DNA from: Bacteroidales bacterium
Lineage (GTDB): Bacteria > Bacteroidota > Bacteroidia > Bacteroidales > UBA10428
Direction of reading: 5' to 3'
NCBI GenBank assembly: GCA_050287785.1
Contig: JBNKCO010000018.1
Coordinates: 73,149 to 137,148, forward strand
Length of the DNA: 64,000 nt
Of this stretch, positions 39,324-49,961 are shown one piece after another. Numbering within the stretch: position 1 is the first letter of the stretch; each line of letters opens with the position of its first letter. The notes under the pieces were generated by a model, which had not been told where the DNA came from, did not search any database, and was given only the letters and a program-made list of their open reading frames with translations. A program made the position numbers and the translations under genes.

Positions 39324-41369
39324 ATGGAGAAAGGTAAAATAGGAGTAACAACGGAAAACATATTTCCGATAATTAAAAAATTCCTTTATAGCGATCATGA
39401 GATATTTCTACGCGAACTTGTTTCCAACGCAGTAGATGCAACGCAGAAACTAAAAACTTTATCGAATACCGGTGAATTTAAGGGTGAACTTGGCGATCTA
39501 ACAATTAGAATTAGTGCCGATGCCAAGAAAAAAACTCTTACTATTTCCGACAGTGGAATAGGAATGACTGAAGAGGAGGTTAAAAAATACATTAACCAAA
39601 TTGCCTTGTCCAGTGCAGAAGATTTTGTAGAAAAATATAAAGATAAGGCTAGTGCAATAATTGGTCATTTTGGATTAGGATTCTATTCTTCTTTCATGGT
39701 ATCGGAGAAAGTTGAAGTGATAACAAAATCGTATAAAGATGATTCAAAAGCAGTAAAATGGAGCTGCGATGGTACACCTGAATATGATATTGAAGAAATT
39801 AAAAAAGAAACCAGGGGTACTGATATCATTCTTCATATTGATGATGAGTCGAAAGAATTCTTGGCTGATAACAAGATAAATGAGCTTCTGAACAAATACT
39901 GCAAATTCTTACCTGTTGAAATCGCTTTTGGTAAAGAGAAAGAATGGAAGGATGGTAAAGAAGTTGAATTGGACAAGGATAAAATTATTAATAATCCAAA
40001 TCCAATCTGGACAAAAAAACCTGTTGACTTAAAGGATGAAGACTATGGAAAGTTCTATAAAGATCTTTATCCAATGTCTGAAGACCCTTTGTTCAATATA
40101 CATTTAAATGTTGATTACCCATTTAACTTAACTGGTGTTCTTTATTTCCCCAAAATTAAGGACAACTTAGATATTCAAAGAAATAAAATTCAACTATACA
40201 GCAACCAGGTGTTTGTAACCGATTCGGTTGAAGGTATTGTGCCTGAGTTTTTGACATTACTACATGGAGTAATAGATTCTCCAGATATTCCATTGAACGT
40301 TTCTCGTTCATACTTACAAAGCGACTCTAATGTAAAGAAAATTTCAAGTCACATTACGAAAAAAGTTGCCGATAGATTATTGGATATTTTTAAGAATGAC
40401 CGAGAGCAATTTGAAGCAAAATGGGATAACCTTAAACTATTCATTACTTATGGAATGATTTCCGAGGAGAAGTTTTATGACAAAGCAGAGAAATTTGCTC
40501 TTTTCAAAAACACTGATGGAAAGTATTTCACATTTGAAGAGTATCAGAAACTAATTAAAGAAAATCAGACTGATAAAAACAAAAGCCTGATATACTTATA
40601 TTCAACAGATAAAGAAGGTCAGTATAGCTTTATTGATGCAGCCAAAGCAAAAGGTTATGATGTTATTCTTATGGACGGTCATCTAGACACTCATTATTTG
40701 AATCATTTGGAGCAAAAATTTAAAGATGCCCGATTTGTAAGAGTTGATGCCGAAGTTATCGATAAGCTAATTGAGAAAGATGAAAACAAAGAAGTTAAGC
40801 TTACTTCTGAACAACAAGGGAACCTGTCACCTGTATTTAGAAGCCAGTTACCCGAAACTGCTAACTTCATTATCATGTACGAAGGTTTAACTGAAACTGA
40901 TAGTCCGGTTATTATAACACAATCGGAATTTATGCGTCGAATGAAAGATATGTCAGCCTTGGGTGGTGGCATGAATTTTTATGGAGAATTACCGGACAGT
41001 TACAATCTCGCAATTAATGGTAATCATCCACTGGTTCTTAAAATAAATGAAGAATTAGAAAAGAAAGTTGGCGAGGAGATAGGTAAGATCAATGAGAAAA
41101 TAAAGCCTATTGAAAAAAACAAAGCCGACCTTGAAGCAGCTAATAAGGACAAGAAAGAAGAAGAGATAACTCAGGAAGAAAAAGATCGTATTGAAAAACT
41201 TGACAAGAAAATAAGTCAGCTCAGAGCGAAAAAAGAAGAATCTCTGACTAAGTTTGGTAAGGATAACGCACGTGTTAAACAACTAATTGACCTTGCTTTA
41301 CTTGCCAACAACATGCTCAAAGGTGAAGAACTATCTAAGTTTGTAAAAAGAAGTATTGAACTACTTTAA
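39324..41369 (+). CDS. htpG: molecular chaperone HtpG (Hsp90)
   Basis: KFLYSDHEIFLRELVSNAVDA, DSGIGMT, GHFGLGFYS, LNVSRSYLQ are Hsp90 signatures. Confidence 0.95.
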   Translation: MEKGKIGVTTENIFPIIKKFLYSDHEIFLRELVSNAVDATQKLKTLSNTGEFKGELGDLTIRISADAKKKTLTISDSGIGMTEEEVKKYINQIALSSAEDFVEKYKDKASAIIGHFGLGFYSSFMVSEKVEVITKSYKDDSKAVKWSCDGTPEYDIEEIKKETRGTDIILHIDDESKEFLADNKINELLNKYCKFLPVEIAFGKEKEWKDGKEVELDKDKIINNPNPIWTKKPVDLKDEDYGKFYKDLYPMSEDPLFNIHLNVDYPFNLTGVLYFPKIKDNLDIQRNKIQLYSNQVFVTDSVEGIVPEFLTLLHGVIDSPDIPLNVSRSYLQSDSNVKKISSHITKKVADRLLDIFKNDREQFEAKWDNLKLFITYGMISEEKFYDKAEKFALFKNTDGKYFTFEEYQKLIKENQTDKNKSLIYLYSTDKEGQYSFIDAAKAKGYDVILMDGHLDTHYLNHLEQKFKDARFVRVDAEVIDKLIEKDENKEVKLTSEQQGNLSPVFRSQLPETANFIIMYEGLTETDSPVIITQSEFMRRMKDMSALGGGMNFYGELPDSYNLAINGNHPLVLKINEELEKKVGEEIGKINEKIKPIEKNKADLEAANKDKKEEEITQEEKDRIEKLDKKISQLRAKKEESLTKFGKDNARVKQLIDLALLANNMLKGEELSKFVKRSIELL

Positions 41370-41419
41370 GGATTTGAATAGAATTCTTGAAAATAAATAA
41401 ATATTATCTTTTAAATTAA

Positions 41420-41456
41420 AACTGCCCTGTCTATTTTTGACAGGGCAGTTTTTTAT
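41420..41456 (+). terminator. rho-independent terminator after htpG
   Basis: 10-bp stem ctgccctgtc / gacagggcag, 7-nt loop, ttttttatt tail. Confidence 0.85.
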
Positions 41457-41548
41457 TAATCCTGATAGATATCATAATAAATAAAATTCTGCTAAATTTG
41501 GATTTTATTGATGCAAATATACAAACACAACTATAACAATTTTAAAGA

Positions 41549-42742
41549 ATGGAACAAGTAGCAGCTCGCATTACAGCAATGGCACCTTCAGCCACAATGG
41601 CCATGAATCAGGCCACTAGAGAACTGAAAGCAAAAGGTGTTGATGTTATTAATCTTAGTGTTGGAGAACCTGATTTTAACACTCCCGACCATATTAAAAC
41701 TGCCGTAAAGAAAGCGGTTGATGATAATTTTTCTTTCTATCCACCAGCAACAGGAATTCCTGAACTTCGCGAAGCTGTTTCTCTGAAGTTTAAAAGAGAA
41801 AACAATCTTGATTATTCTCCTGACCAAATTATTGTTTCAGCCGGAGCTAAAAACTCGCTGGCCAATGTAATTCTGGCTCTTATCGATAAAGACGATGAGG
41901 TTATTGTTCCATCGCCATATTGGGTAACTTATGTTGAATTAGTTACTCTTGCTGAAGGTAAGAATGTTATTATTCGTGGTGGGTTCGAGAATGATTTTAA
42001 AGTTACTCCTGAACAAATAGAAGCAGCTATAACACCAAAAACTAAAGCACTATTATTATGCTCCCCTTCAAATCCTACAGGAAGCGTTTATTCAAAGGAG
42101 GAATTAGAAGCTATTGCAAAAGTTATTGAAAAACATCCTAGAGTATTTGTTATAACCGACGAGATATACGAACATATAAATTTTATCGGCAAACATGAGA
42201 GTATTGCTCAGTTTGATTCTATTAAAGATAGAGTTGTTGTTATTAATGGGGTTTCTAAAGCTTATGCAATGACTGGGTATAGAATTGGCTATATTGGCGC
42301 TCCTGTATGGCTTGCAAAAGCTGTTGCAAAGTTACAGGGACAATTACTTACAGGTCCGGCTACTATTGCACAAAAAGCTGCTGCTGCTGCCCTTAACGAA
42401 GACCAAACTTGCGTAAAAGATATGAAAGTTGCCTTCGAACGCAGAAAAGAACTGGTATACGGACTAATTAAAGAAATGCCAGGTGTTGAAATTAATAATC
42501 CTGATGGAGCCTTTTATGTGTTCCCAAAAATCAGTAGCTATTTCGGAAAATCATACAATGGCAAAAAAATTGAATCATCAAACGACTTAGCTCTTTTCTT
42601 ATTGTACGAAGGTCATATTGGCACTGTACCAGGTGAAGCTTTTGGCGAACCGGAATGTATTCGTATTTCCTTTGCTACATCAGATGAGAACCTAACCGTG
42701 GCAATGAAAAGAATGAAAGAAGCTTTAGCGAAATTAAGCTAG
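41549..42742 (+). CDS. class I pyridoxal-phosphate aminotransferase (aspartate aminotransferase-like)
   Basis: INLSVGEPDFNTP, SPSNPTG, PLP-lysine context NGVSKAYAMTGYRIGY. Confidence 0.9.
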   Translation: MEQVAARITAMAPSATMAMNQATRELKAKGVDVINLSVGEPDFNTPDHIKTAVKKAVDDNFSFYPPATGIPELREAVSLKFKRENNLDYSPDQIIVSAGAKNSLANVILALIDKDDEVIVPSPYWVTYVELVTLAEGKNVIIRGGFENDFKVTPEQIEAAITPKTKALLLCSPSNPTGSVYSKEELEAIAKVIEKHPRVFVITDEIYEHINFIGKHESIAQFDSIKDRVVVINGVSKAYAMTGYRIGYIGAPVWLAKAVAKLQGQLLTGPATIAQKAAAAALNEDQTCVKDMKVAFERRKELVYGLIKEMPGVEINNPDGAFYVFPKISSYFGKSYNGKKIESSNDLALFLLYEGHIGTVPGEAFGEPECIRISFATSDENLTVAMKRMKEALAKLS

Positions 42743-42765
42743 TTCAAAAATAAACATATAACATA

Positions 42766-42795
42766 GAAAAAGCCTGGCAATGCCAGGCTTTTTCT
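42766..42795. terminator. bidirectional terminator between convergent aminotransferase and mgsA genes
   Basis: aaaaagcctgg caatg ccaggcttttt: 7-bp GC-rich stem with A- and T-tracts on either side. Confidence 0.8.
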
Positions 42796-42824
42796 ATTGC
42801 TTAATTTTATCTTCAAGTTTTTAG

Positions 42825-43292
42825 CTAAACTTTTCGAGTAATATAGCTTGAGTAATCCTTTAATATCGGTTTATAATCTTCTTGCATTAAATTAGAAGAA
42901 ATCAAGAAATCAGCAGTTGATCGATTACAAGCTGTGGGCACATTATACAGAGCAGTAATTCGCAATAATGCTTTCACATCAACATCATGAGGCTGAGGCT
43001 GCATTGGATCCCAAAGAAAAATTAACATATCTACTTTCCCTTCTGATATTAGTGCACCAAGCTGTTGGTCACCACCAAGCGGACCACTCTTTAATTTTGT
43101 CATTCTCAACTTAGAATGTTGATTAATCTGTAGCTTTTCAAGAAGTGCTTCTTCAACCAATCTACCAGTTGTTCCAGTACAAATCAGTTCGTGTTTTACT
43201 AACTCAACATGATTCCAACTAGTCCATTCAATTAAGTCCTTCTTCCTATTATCGTGGGCCACCAGGCCAATTCGTTTAATATTTTCCTTCAT
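42825..43292 (-). CDS. mgsA: methylglyoxal synthase
   Basis: IGLVAHDNRKKDL, LICTGTTG, SGPLGGDQQLGA, LIFLWDP, PHDVDVKALLR. Confidence 0.9.
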   Translation of the reverse strand: MKENIKRIGLVAHDNRKKDLIEWTSWNHVELVKHELICTGTTGRLVEEALLEKLQINQHSKLRMTKLKSGPLGGDQQLGALISEGKVDMLIFLWDPMQPQPHDVDVKALLRITALYNVPTACNRSTADFLISSNLMQEDYKPILKDYSSYITRKV

Positions 43293-43295
43293 ATT

Positions 43296-44432
43296 TTATG
43301 GTGTGTTTTTAAAATTAATTTGCTCCTCGTATTTCTTAAATAAAATATCTATAATTTTTAATCTTTCAATAGCTGCTTCTTTCTTACGAACCTCATAATC
43401 TTCCTTTGATTCGCCTTTTTGTTTTTGCTTGAAAAGAGGATTTGAATCAAGCTTTGCATTTAACTGATCGTTAAAATATGTTTTAACAGCAATAACTTTC
43501 CCCGATTCATATAAAAAAACTCTTCCATCTTTTCCTCCGGTTGCAACCATACTCCCATCAGAACTTGCTTTAACAACATTTACCGGACCTTCGTGTGAAA
43601 TATAACTATATAGCTTATTTCCTGTACTAACCTCGTAGATTATAGCTACACCGTCGAAAGAAGCTGTATAAAGAAAGTAACCATCAGGTGAAAAATCAAT
43701 ATCCATAATTGCAGCATCGTGACCAGTATATGTTTTTACAACTTTTCCTGTTTCTATATCCCAAAGTCTTACCGTTTTATCGCCCGATGCTGATGCAAAA
43801 TATCTTGCATTTGGATGGAATTCCACATCGTATATATTATCTGAATGACGCTCTAATGAATATAATATTTCTCCTGTTTTTGCATTCCAAACTTTCACAG
43901 TCTGATCTCTCGATCCTGTTACAATATATTTTTCATCGAGACTAAAAGCTACAGGCAATACACTTTTTTCATGCCCTTCTAAAATAATATCTGTTTGCGT
44001 AGAAGCTACATCCCAAATTCGAATTTTCTTATCATAAGAGCCACCCGTAATTTTATTTCTCTCGGGTGCGAAATCGATTGACCAGAAATATGTTGTGTTT
44101 CCTTCGTATAATGCTAAGGTATTATTATTCAAATCAATTAACCTAATGTCATTGCCTGCTGTTATAAACAATTGTTTATTACCAAAAAAATGAATTGCTT
44201 TTACTGGAAAATAAAGTGATTTATGTTCATGCAATACACTTCCATCTGCTGTATTATAAATAAATAAAGAATTATCATCGCCACCTGTTGCTAATAAATT
44301 ATTCGATTGATTAAATGACAGCCCCTTAACTTCAGACTTATGATCTTTAAATGTATGTAACAAGTAATCATCACTCTGAGCATTAATTGCATTGATAGAA
44401 AACAATAAAATCAAAAAGGTTAGCTGCTTCAT
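43296..44432 (-). CDS. secreted WD40-repeat protein
   Basis: Signal peptide; repeated GH..V..v.FSpDg..l.tgS.D.t..vW units. Confidence 0.8.
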   Translation of the reverse strand: MKQLTFLILLFSINAINAQSDDYLLHTFKDHKSEVKGLSFNQSNNLLATGGDDNSLFIYNTADGSVLHEHKSLYFPVKAIHFFGNKQLFITAGNDIRLIDLNNNTLALYEGNTTYFWSIDFAPERNKITGGSYDKKIRIWDVASTQTDIILEGHEKSVLPVAFSLDEKYIVTGSRDQTVKVWNAKTGEILYSLERHSDNIYDVEFHPNARYFASASGDKTVRLWDIETGKVVKTYTGHDAAIMDIDFSPDGYFLYTASFDGVAIIYEVSTGNKLYSYISHEGPVNVVKASSDGSMVATGGKDGRVFLYESGKVIAVKTYFNDQLNAKLDSNPLFKQKQKGESKEDYEVRKKEAAIERLKIIDILFKKYEEQINFKNTP

Positions 44433-44440
44433 AAATTACT

Positions 44441-45283
44441 TTATTTTGTAGTTTCTATCGGATATTTAAGTCCTTTATACGATTCAAGATAAGCTTTTAC
44501 AGACCCAATCAGGATTTTTGCTTCTACCAAAACAGGAACTTTGTTTTTATCGTCGGTAACCCAAACAATTAAATCCTCACCACCTTTAAAAATAGTCCCT
44601 TCAACTAATAAGGCTGAAAACTTAACACAATTATATTTGTTCCCTTTTCGGTCTTCTATCTCTTCTTTCCCTAAGTAGCGAATATATAAATAAAAGATTT
44701 CGTTATCAATTATAGAAATTACCGGTACAGAATCATTTTCTTGCATATCTGAAAAATCTATGCTTCTAAAAAAGTAGATTAATGAAAGTACATCCAGTGT
44801 ACAATCCTGTATTTCAAGAGTATCAGCAGAAAGATCTTTTTTTGAATTTTCTGTAAATGTAAAGGCCTTATTATTTTCCCAGTCGAAGAAATATTTGTTA
44901 TCAACTTCATAACCGCCTTCGTAGTTTTGCCTGTGAAACCATAGGGGCTGAAATTCATCTTTCTGAAGATAAGCCTGATATCTATCTCTGACTTTATACA
45001 ACCAATCGTAAGATTTATGGCTTGAACCACGAGCATCAAAATGAAAAACTTCCTGATTATTATATACTGCTGGTTTTACAGCGAACTGAACCCATCCTGC
45101 ATTCAACCAGATAAAACCCCAGTTGTAATAGACCGAATAATTAATTTCTTCACCCTCGGTAAAAGGAGGATTTAATTCCTGACATTGCGAGAAAGAGAAT
45201 TGAGCAATGAAACAAAAAAACAATATAAAGAAATACCTAAACAAAGTTTTGTTTTTAAAATTACTCAACACTTCTCTATTCAA
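44441..45283 (-). CDS. DUF3108-like protein
   Basis: 280 aa; N-terminal hydrophobic segment; GEEINYSVYYNWGFIWLNAGWVQF resembles DUF3108 (recognition only). Confidence 0.55.
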   Translation of the reverse strand: MNREVLSNFKNKTLFRYFFILFFCFIAQFSFSQCQELNPPFTEGEEINYSVYYNWGFIWLNAGWVQFAVKPAVYNNQEVFHFDARGSSHKSYDWLYKVRDRYQAYLQKDEFQPLWFHRQNYEGGYEVDNKYFFDWENNKAFTFTENSKKDLSADTLEIQDCTLDVLSLIYFFRSIDFSDMQENDSVPVISIIDNEIFYLYIRYLGKEEIEDRKGNKYNCVKFSALLVEGTIFKGGEDLIVWVTDDKNKVPVLVEAKILIGSVKAYLESYKGLKYPIETTK

Positions 45284-45793
45284 CTACTTTTTATCAATTA
45301 ATTTTCTGTAGATCTCAACATTCTCGATATCAAATACTGCAAAAACTAATTTTTCAAGATATTCTGAAGTCTTAATAAAATTATTAACCGAATTAATTGC
45401 GACCTCAGCTGCCTTATCTTTTGGATATCCGTATATACCTGTACTGATATTTGGGAATGCTATTGACTTCATTTTAAACTCTTCGGCAATTCGCAGACAA
45501 TTTGTATAACAACTGCTTAGCAACTTTTCTTCATTGTTATTTCCTCCATGCCAAACAGGCCCAACTGTATGAATAACCCATTTAGCTAGCAGGTTATAGC
45601 CACTTGTTAGTTTAGCTTCTCCTGAGGGGCATCCCTCGAGTGTTTTACATTCCTCGAGCAAACCCGGACCAGCAGCATTGTGGATAGCACCATCTACCCC
45701 ACCACCACCTAGAAGTGTACTATTCGCAGCATTTACAATTGCTTCTACATCTAATTGGGTAATATCACATTGAATTAATTCTATTGAAACCAT
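45284..45793 (-). CDS. macro-domain protein (O-acetyl-ADP-ribose deacetylase, YmdB-like)
   Basis: GDITQLDVEAIVNAANSTLLGGGGVDGAIH, SIAFPNISTGIYGYP. Confidence 0.85.
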   Translation of the reverse strand: MVSIELIQCDITQLDVEAIVNAANSTLLGGGGVDGAIHNAAGPGLLEECKTLEGCPSGEAKLTSGYNLLAKWVIHTVGPVWHGGNNNEEKLLSSCYTNCLRIAEEFKMKSIAFPNISTGIYGYPKDKAAEVAINSVNNFIKTSEYLEKLVFAVFDIENVEIYRKLIDKK

Positions 45794-45806
45794 TATAAAT
45801 AGGGTT

Positions 45807-48260
45807 TTAGCGTAATTCAGCTTTAAAATCTCTAATCAAGCGTTCGGTAATCTTTCCTATTATACGGTCAATTTCTTTATCGGTTAGGGTTTTTGTTTCA
45901 TCCTGGATATAAAATCCTACAGCATAAGATTTTTTTCCCTCTGGAACTCCCTTTCCTTTATAGTAATCAAACAGATTTACCCGTTTAAGCATATTCTTTC
46001 CTGTTTGTCGGGCCGCAGACTCTATTTCTGCAAATTCAACAGTTTCATCTAATAATAAGGCTAAATCTCTTCGAACTATCGGGAACTTCGGAATTTCCTT
46101 AAACCTCACTTCGCTATTGAGTCTTTTAACAAGCTCATCCCAACGAATTTCTGCAAAAACAACTTCTTTGTCAATATCGAATTTCTTAAGTATAGCAGGG
46201 TGAACAGAAGCTATTTCAAAAAGTTCAGTGTTTTTATCTTTAAACACTAAACCTCCGGAATACACATCATCTTTAGCCTCTAAACCAGAAACCGATAATC
46301 TTTCAGGATCTATACCTAATTTCTCAAGTAAATTCTCGCAATAGGCTTTTAATCGAAAAAATCCTGCTTTTTTATCTTCTTCCTGCCAAGTTGAATCTAC
46401 AATATTTCCAGTAAAGAATAGTCCAAACCTACGTTCCTCGGAATAACCAGCCAATGGATAGTTTGCATTATCTTTTCCTGTGGCTTTGTAACAGCGACCA
46501 TACTCAAACAATTGTAAGTTTGAATTCTGTCTGTTAACATTATATTGAATGGCCTCTAAACCATTAAACAATAATGTCTGGCGCAATATTCCCAAATCGG
46601 AGCTTAACGGATTAATTATTTCAACAGAATTACTATCTGACCAGGTTTTCAAATCGGCATAATAACCAACTTTGGTCAACGAATTCGACATTATTTCATT
46701 AAATCCATTGGCAGCAAAATAGTCTGATACCTGGTTAACCAACTGCTCATTATCAGGCTTATTTTTTGGAGAAAGGCTTGCATTTATACGCTCAGAAAAC
46801 TCAACATTATTGTATCCGTAAATCCTGAGAATTTCTTCAATAACATCGGCCTCCCTTGTAACATCAACTCGGTAGGGAGGAACTGTAATATCGAGCACAT
46901 CGTTATTTTCCTTAACCACCTTAATATCGAGAGATGTAAGTATTTTTTTTATTAATTGACGATCTAATCGTTTCCCTATCAAACGATCGATATGTGCATA
47001 AGAAACCTGAAATTCGAACTCCTGTATTGGTTCAGGGTATATATCAGTTATTTCAGATGTAATTTCTCCTCCAGCCAACTCTTCAATTAGCATGGCAGCT
47101 CTTTTAAGTGCATAAACTGTTATGTCAGGATCAACACCTCGCTCGAAACGGAAAGACGAGTCGGTACTTAAACCATGACGTTTTGCCGTTTTACGCACGC
47201 TTACAGGATCGAAATACGCTGATTCCAGAAAAATATTCTTGGTGCTTTCAGAAACACCTGAATGAATTCCACCAAATACACCCGCAATACATGCTCCATC
47301 TTCGGAATCACAAATCATTAAATCTTGCTCCGATAAGCTTCTTTCAACCTCATCAAGTGTGGTAAACTTTGTCCCTTCCTTCATTTTGCGAACAACAATC
47401 TGGTTCCCTTTCAGCTTATCGGCATCGAAAGCATGAAGTGGCTGCCCAAGTTCATGTAGTACGAAGTTTGTAATATCCACTACATTATTAATAGGCCCCA
47501 AACCAATGGCAGATATCTTTTCCTGCAACCATTTAGGCGAAGACTGAATATTTACATTTTTAATTGTTAAACCTGTATATCTTTTGCAAGCTTCTTTGTC
47601 TTCCAGCTTAACATCTACTTTAAAACTATTGTTCCCAGCCTTAAAACCCGACACATCTGGTTTGGTTAATTCAACAGCACTATCCTGACTAAAATAGGCT
47701 GCTAAATCGCGTGCCACTCCATAATGCGAACCTGCATCAATTCTATTAGGAGTTAAACCAATTTCAAATATCGTATCTGTTTTAAGCTTGAAATAATCAG
47801 CAGCTGGAGTTCCAATTTTAGCATCATTTTCAAGAACCATTATTCCGTGGTGACTATCGCCCATGCCAATTTCATCTTCGGCACAAATCATTCCTTCTGA
47901 TGGCTCTCCGCGAAGTTTTGTCTTTTTAATTGAAAAGCTTTTGTCGCCCATGTAGAGCTCTGCTCCTTCTGTTGCAACAATAACCTTCTGCCCTGCTGAA
48001 ACATTTGGAGCACCACAAACTATATTTAAAGGATCGCCAAAACCTACATTTACAGTGGTAACGCTTAATTTATCTGCATTGGGATGTTTTCCACAGGTTA
48101 ACACCTCTCCCACAAAAAACTTTTTGAGTCCGCCTTTTACTTCCTCATGAGTTTCTATTCCTTCAACCTCAAGGCCTATATCTGTTAGTATTTGTCCAAG
48201 TTTTTCGGGATCGAGATCTGTCTTAATGTAATCTTTTAGCCAGTTGTATGAAATCTTCAT
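45807..48260 (-). CDS. pheT: phenylalanine--tRNA ligase beta subunit
   Basis: MKISYNWLKDYI start (ATG at 48260 preferred over 48278); tRNA-binding, B3/4, B5 and FDX-ACB regions recognisable. Confidence 0.9.
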   Translation of the reverse strand: MKISYNWLKDYIKTDLDPEKLGQILTDIGLEVEGIETHEEVKGGLKKFFVGEVLTCGKHPNADKLSVTTVNVGFGDPLNIVCGAPNVSAGQKVIVATEGAELYMGDKSFSIKKTKLRGEPSEGMICAEDEIGMGDSHHGIMVLENDAKIGTPAADYFKLKTDTIFEIGLTPNRIDAGSHYGVARDLAAYFSQDSAVELTKPDVSGFKAGNNSFKVDVKLEDKEACKRYTGLTIKNVNIQSSPKWLQEKISAIGLGPINNVVDITNFVLHELGQPLHAFDADKLKGNQIVVRKMKEGTKFTTLDEVERSLSEQDLMICDSEDGACIAGVFGGIHSGVSESTKNIFLESAYFDPVSVRKTAKRHGLSTDSSFRFERGVDPDITVYALKRAAMLIEELAGGEITSEITDIYPEPIQEFEFQVSYAHIDRLIGKRLDRQLIKKILTSLDIKVVKENNDVLDITVPPYRVDVTREADVIEEILRIYGYNNVEFSERINASLSPKNKPDNEQLVNQVSDYFAANGFNEIMSNSLTKVGYYADLKTWSDSNSVEIINPLSSDLGILRQTLLFNGLEAIQYNVNRQNSNLQLFEYGRCYKATGKDNANYPLAGYSEERRFGLFFTGNIVDSTWQEEDKKAGFFRLKAYCENLLEKLGIDPERLSVSGLEAKDDVYSGGLVFKDKNTELFEIASVHPAILKKFDIDKEVVFAEIRWDELVKRLNSEVRFKEIPKFPIVRRDLALLLDETVEFAEIESAARQTGKNMLKRVNLFDYYKGKGVPEGKKSYAVGFYIQDETKTLTDKEIDRIIGKITERLIRDFKAELR

Positions 48261-48477
48261 GTGATATTCCTTAATCAATTATACGATAGTTGACAAAAAT
48301 AGTGTTTTTTGAACGATGAGAAACACTAGCGAAAATAAAATTGTAAGGAAATGCTTTTCAAATGATTAATTCTATTTATTCAGTACAATAGCTAACTAAA
48401 AAATAACAACCACAATTTCTAGTAAAATCAATTAATCAAAAAAAACGAAGAAGCTGTTTGAAGTTTATAATTTAAAA

Positions 48478-49746
48478 CTATTTCTTCCGCTTTTTTAATG
48501 GGATTTTCTTACGATATGTAAGCACCCGCCACAGCCACTCCAAGGGGCCGTAATTAAAATGCTTTAACCATTGTGGTGAGATAATTAATATAAGTACCCA
48601 AATAGTTAAAACAATACCAAACTGAAATATTCTTTCAACCTTTCCAAATAACGAAAAACCATGTCCATAAAATATTAATCCAGCTATAACAGACATAAAA
48701 ATATAACTCGAAAATGCCATTTTACCAACCGCAGACAACACTCTTTTAAAAGCAATATACTTAACCGATTTTGCTATAAGCATAACTATTCCAATATAAC
48801 CCAAAGAAACAGCAATGCTTCCCAAGTAATTTGGAATTACACCAAAAAACATTGAATATTCCATTTTCCAGTTATGAGCATAGTTTTGCCAAACGCCAAC
48901 AATACTTAACAGATAGCCAACAGATAATCCGACAGCAACCATTCTCACATAATACACATGTGATTTTCTTGCAAGAATAACACCACTTTTAGAAAGAGCC
49001 ATACCAACTAACATCATTGACACTACTCTCCAAAATACATTCAAAAAGAATAAAAATGGTTGCATAAAAACAGCCATTGGTATGCGATATTCCATTTGTT
49101 CAACAAAGCTACCTCGCATCACACTTAATTCTTTATTAATAAATTCTGTTGATGGCAGCCATGTATTCATTGCTTGGAAATAGGATTCTTCCGGCCAATA
49201 TGGAATTGAAAATCCACTCATAAGATTTGTCAGAACGGGAACAAGAAAGAAAAATGAGGCCAAAATAATCAACCCTTCGGGCTTCATTTTCCGGAACAAA
49301 TATACGAAGAACCCACAAAGGCTATATGCTACAAGAAAATCGCCATGCCAGATAAAATATGCATCAACAACCCCAAAAACTAATAGCCAGAAATTACGGA
49401 AATAATGAACTTTACCCGGGTGCCTTCCTTGCCTTTTCTTTCTTGTATAAAGCAATATTATTCCTGCACCAAATAATATTGAGAAAATGTTCATGAATTT
49501 TTCGCTTGCAAAGACATAACTAATAATCCACACCCATTTATTTATGCCTGTAAAATCGCCCCAAGCTGTAGGATTAATATTGGCAGCACCAATCATTGAA
49601 AAGCTTTGGATATTCACAATGAGTATGCCAAGTACAGCAATTCCCCTAAGGATGTCTATTGATATAATTCTTTCAGCTGGCAGGGTTGCTGGAGATTGTT
49701 GGATATTGGAATGCATAACTGTTAAGGATTTAGGCATAAAACGCAT
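48478..49746 (-). CDS. DUF418/YeiB-like polytopic membrane protein
   Basis: ERIISIDILRGIAVLGILIVNI opening motif, many TM helices, GPLEWLWR near the C-terminus; start ambiguous (Met1/4/11). Confidence 0.75.
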   Translation of the reverse strand: MRFMPKSLTVMHSNIQQSPATLPAERIISIDILRGIAVLGILIVNIQSFSMIGAANINPTAWGDFTGINKWVWIISYVFASEKFMNIFSILFGAGIILLYTRKKRQGRHPGKVHYFRNFWLLVFGVVDAYFIWHGDFLVAYSLCGFFVYLFRKMKPEGLIILASFFFLVPVLTNLMSGFSIPYWPEESYFQAMNTWLPSTEFINKELSVMRGSFVEQMEYRIPMAVFMQPFLFFLNVFWRVVSMMLVGMALSKSGVILARKSHVYYVRMVAVGLSVGYLLSIVGVWQNYAHNWKMEYSMFFGVIPNYLGSIAVSLGYIGIVMLIAKSVKYIAFKRVLSAVGKMAFSSYIFMSVIAGLIFYGHGFSLFGKVERIFQFGIVLTIWVLILIISPQWLKHFNYGPLEWLWRVLTYRKKIPLKKRKK

Positions 49747-49929
49747 TTTAAAATTAGAACTTATCGTAAAGAATTTTGCTTTGTAATTAAAAAGTTATTA
49801 ATACTACAATGGTTTTTATTTTCAAACGTCTAAAGGGTATCTGAGTAATCGTTTTTTTTGAGCTACGACTCCTTCCAAATACTTTAAAAACTTTCATTCA
49901 AATCGCCCACGCGAAAACACTTAAACAAC

Positions 49930-49937
49930 TATATTTG
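49930..49937 (+). promoter_or_regulatory. -7 promoter box upstream of surE
   Basis: TATATTTG matches TAnnTTTG, 25 nt upstream of the ATG at 49962; no clear -33 TTTG seen. Confidence 0.35.
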
Positions 49938-49961
49938 TATCTTACTTCAGGGCAAAAGAGA

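Noticed and set aside
42825-48260. Tight minus-strand run pheT - macro domain - DUF3108 - WD40 - mgsA considered as a possible ADP-ribose-linked defence cassette
   Set aside because: All members look like conserved housekeeping or periplasmic proteins. There is no nuclease, NTPase, sirtuin/TIR or other effector, and no flanking mobility signals.
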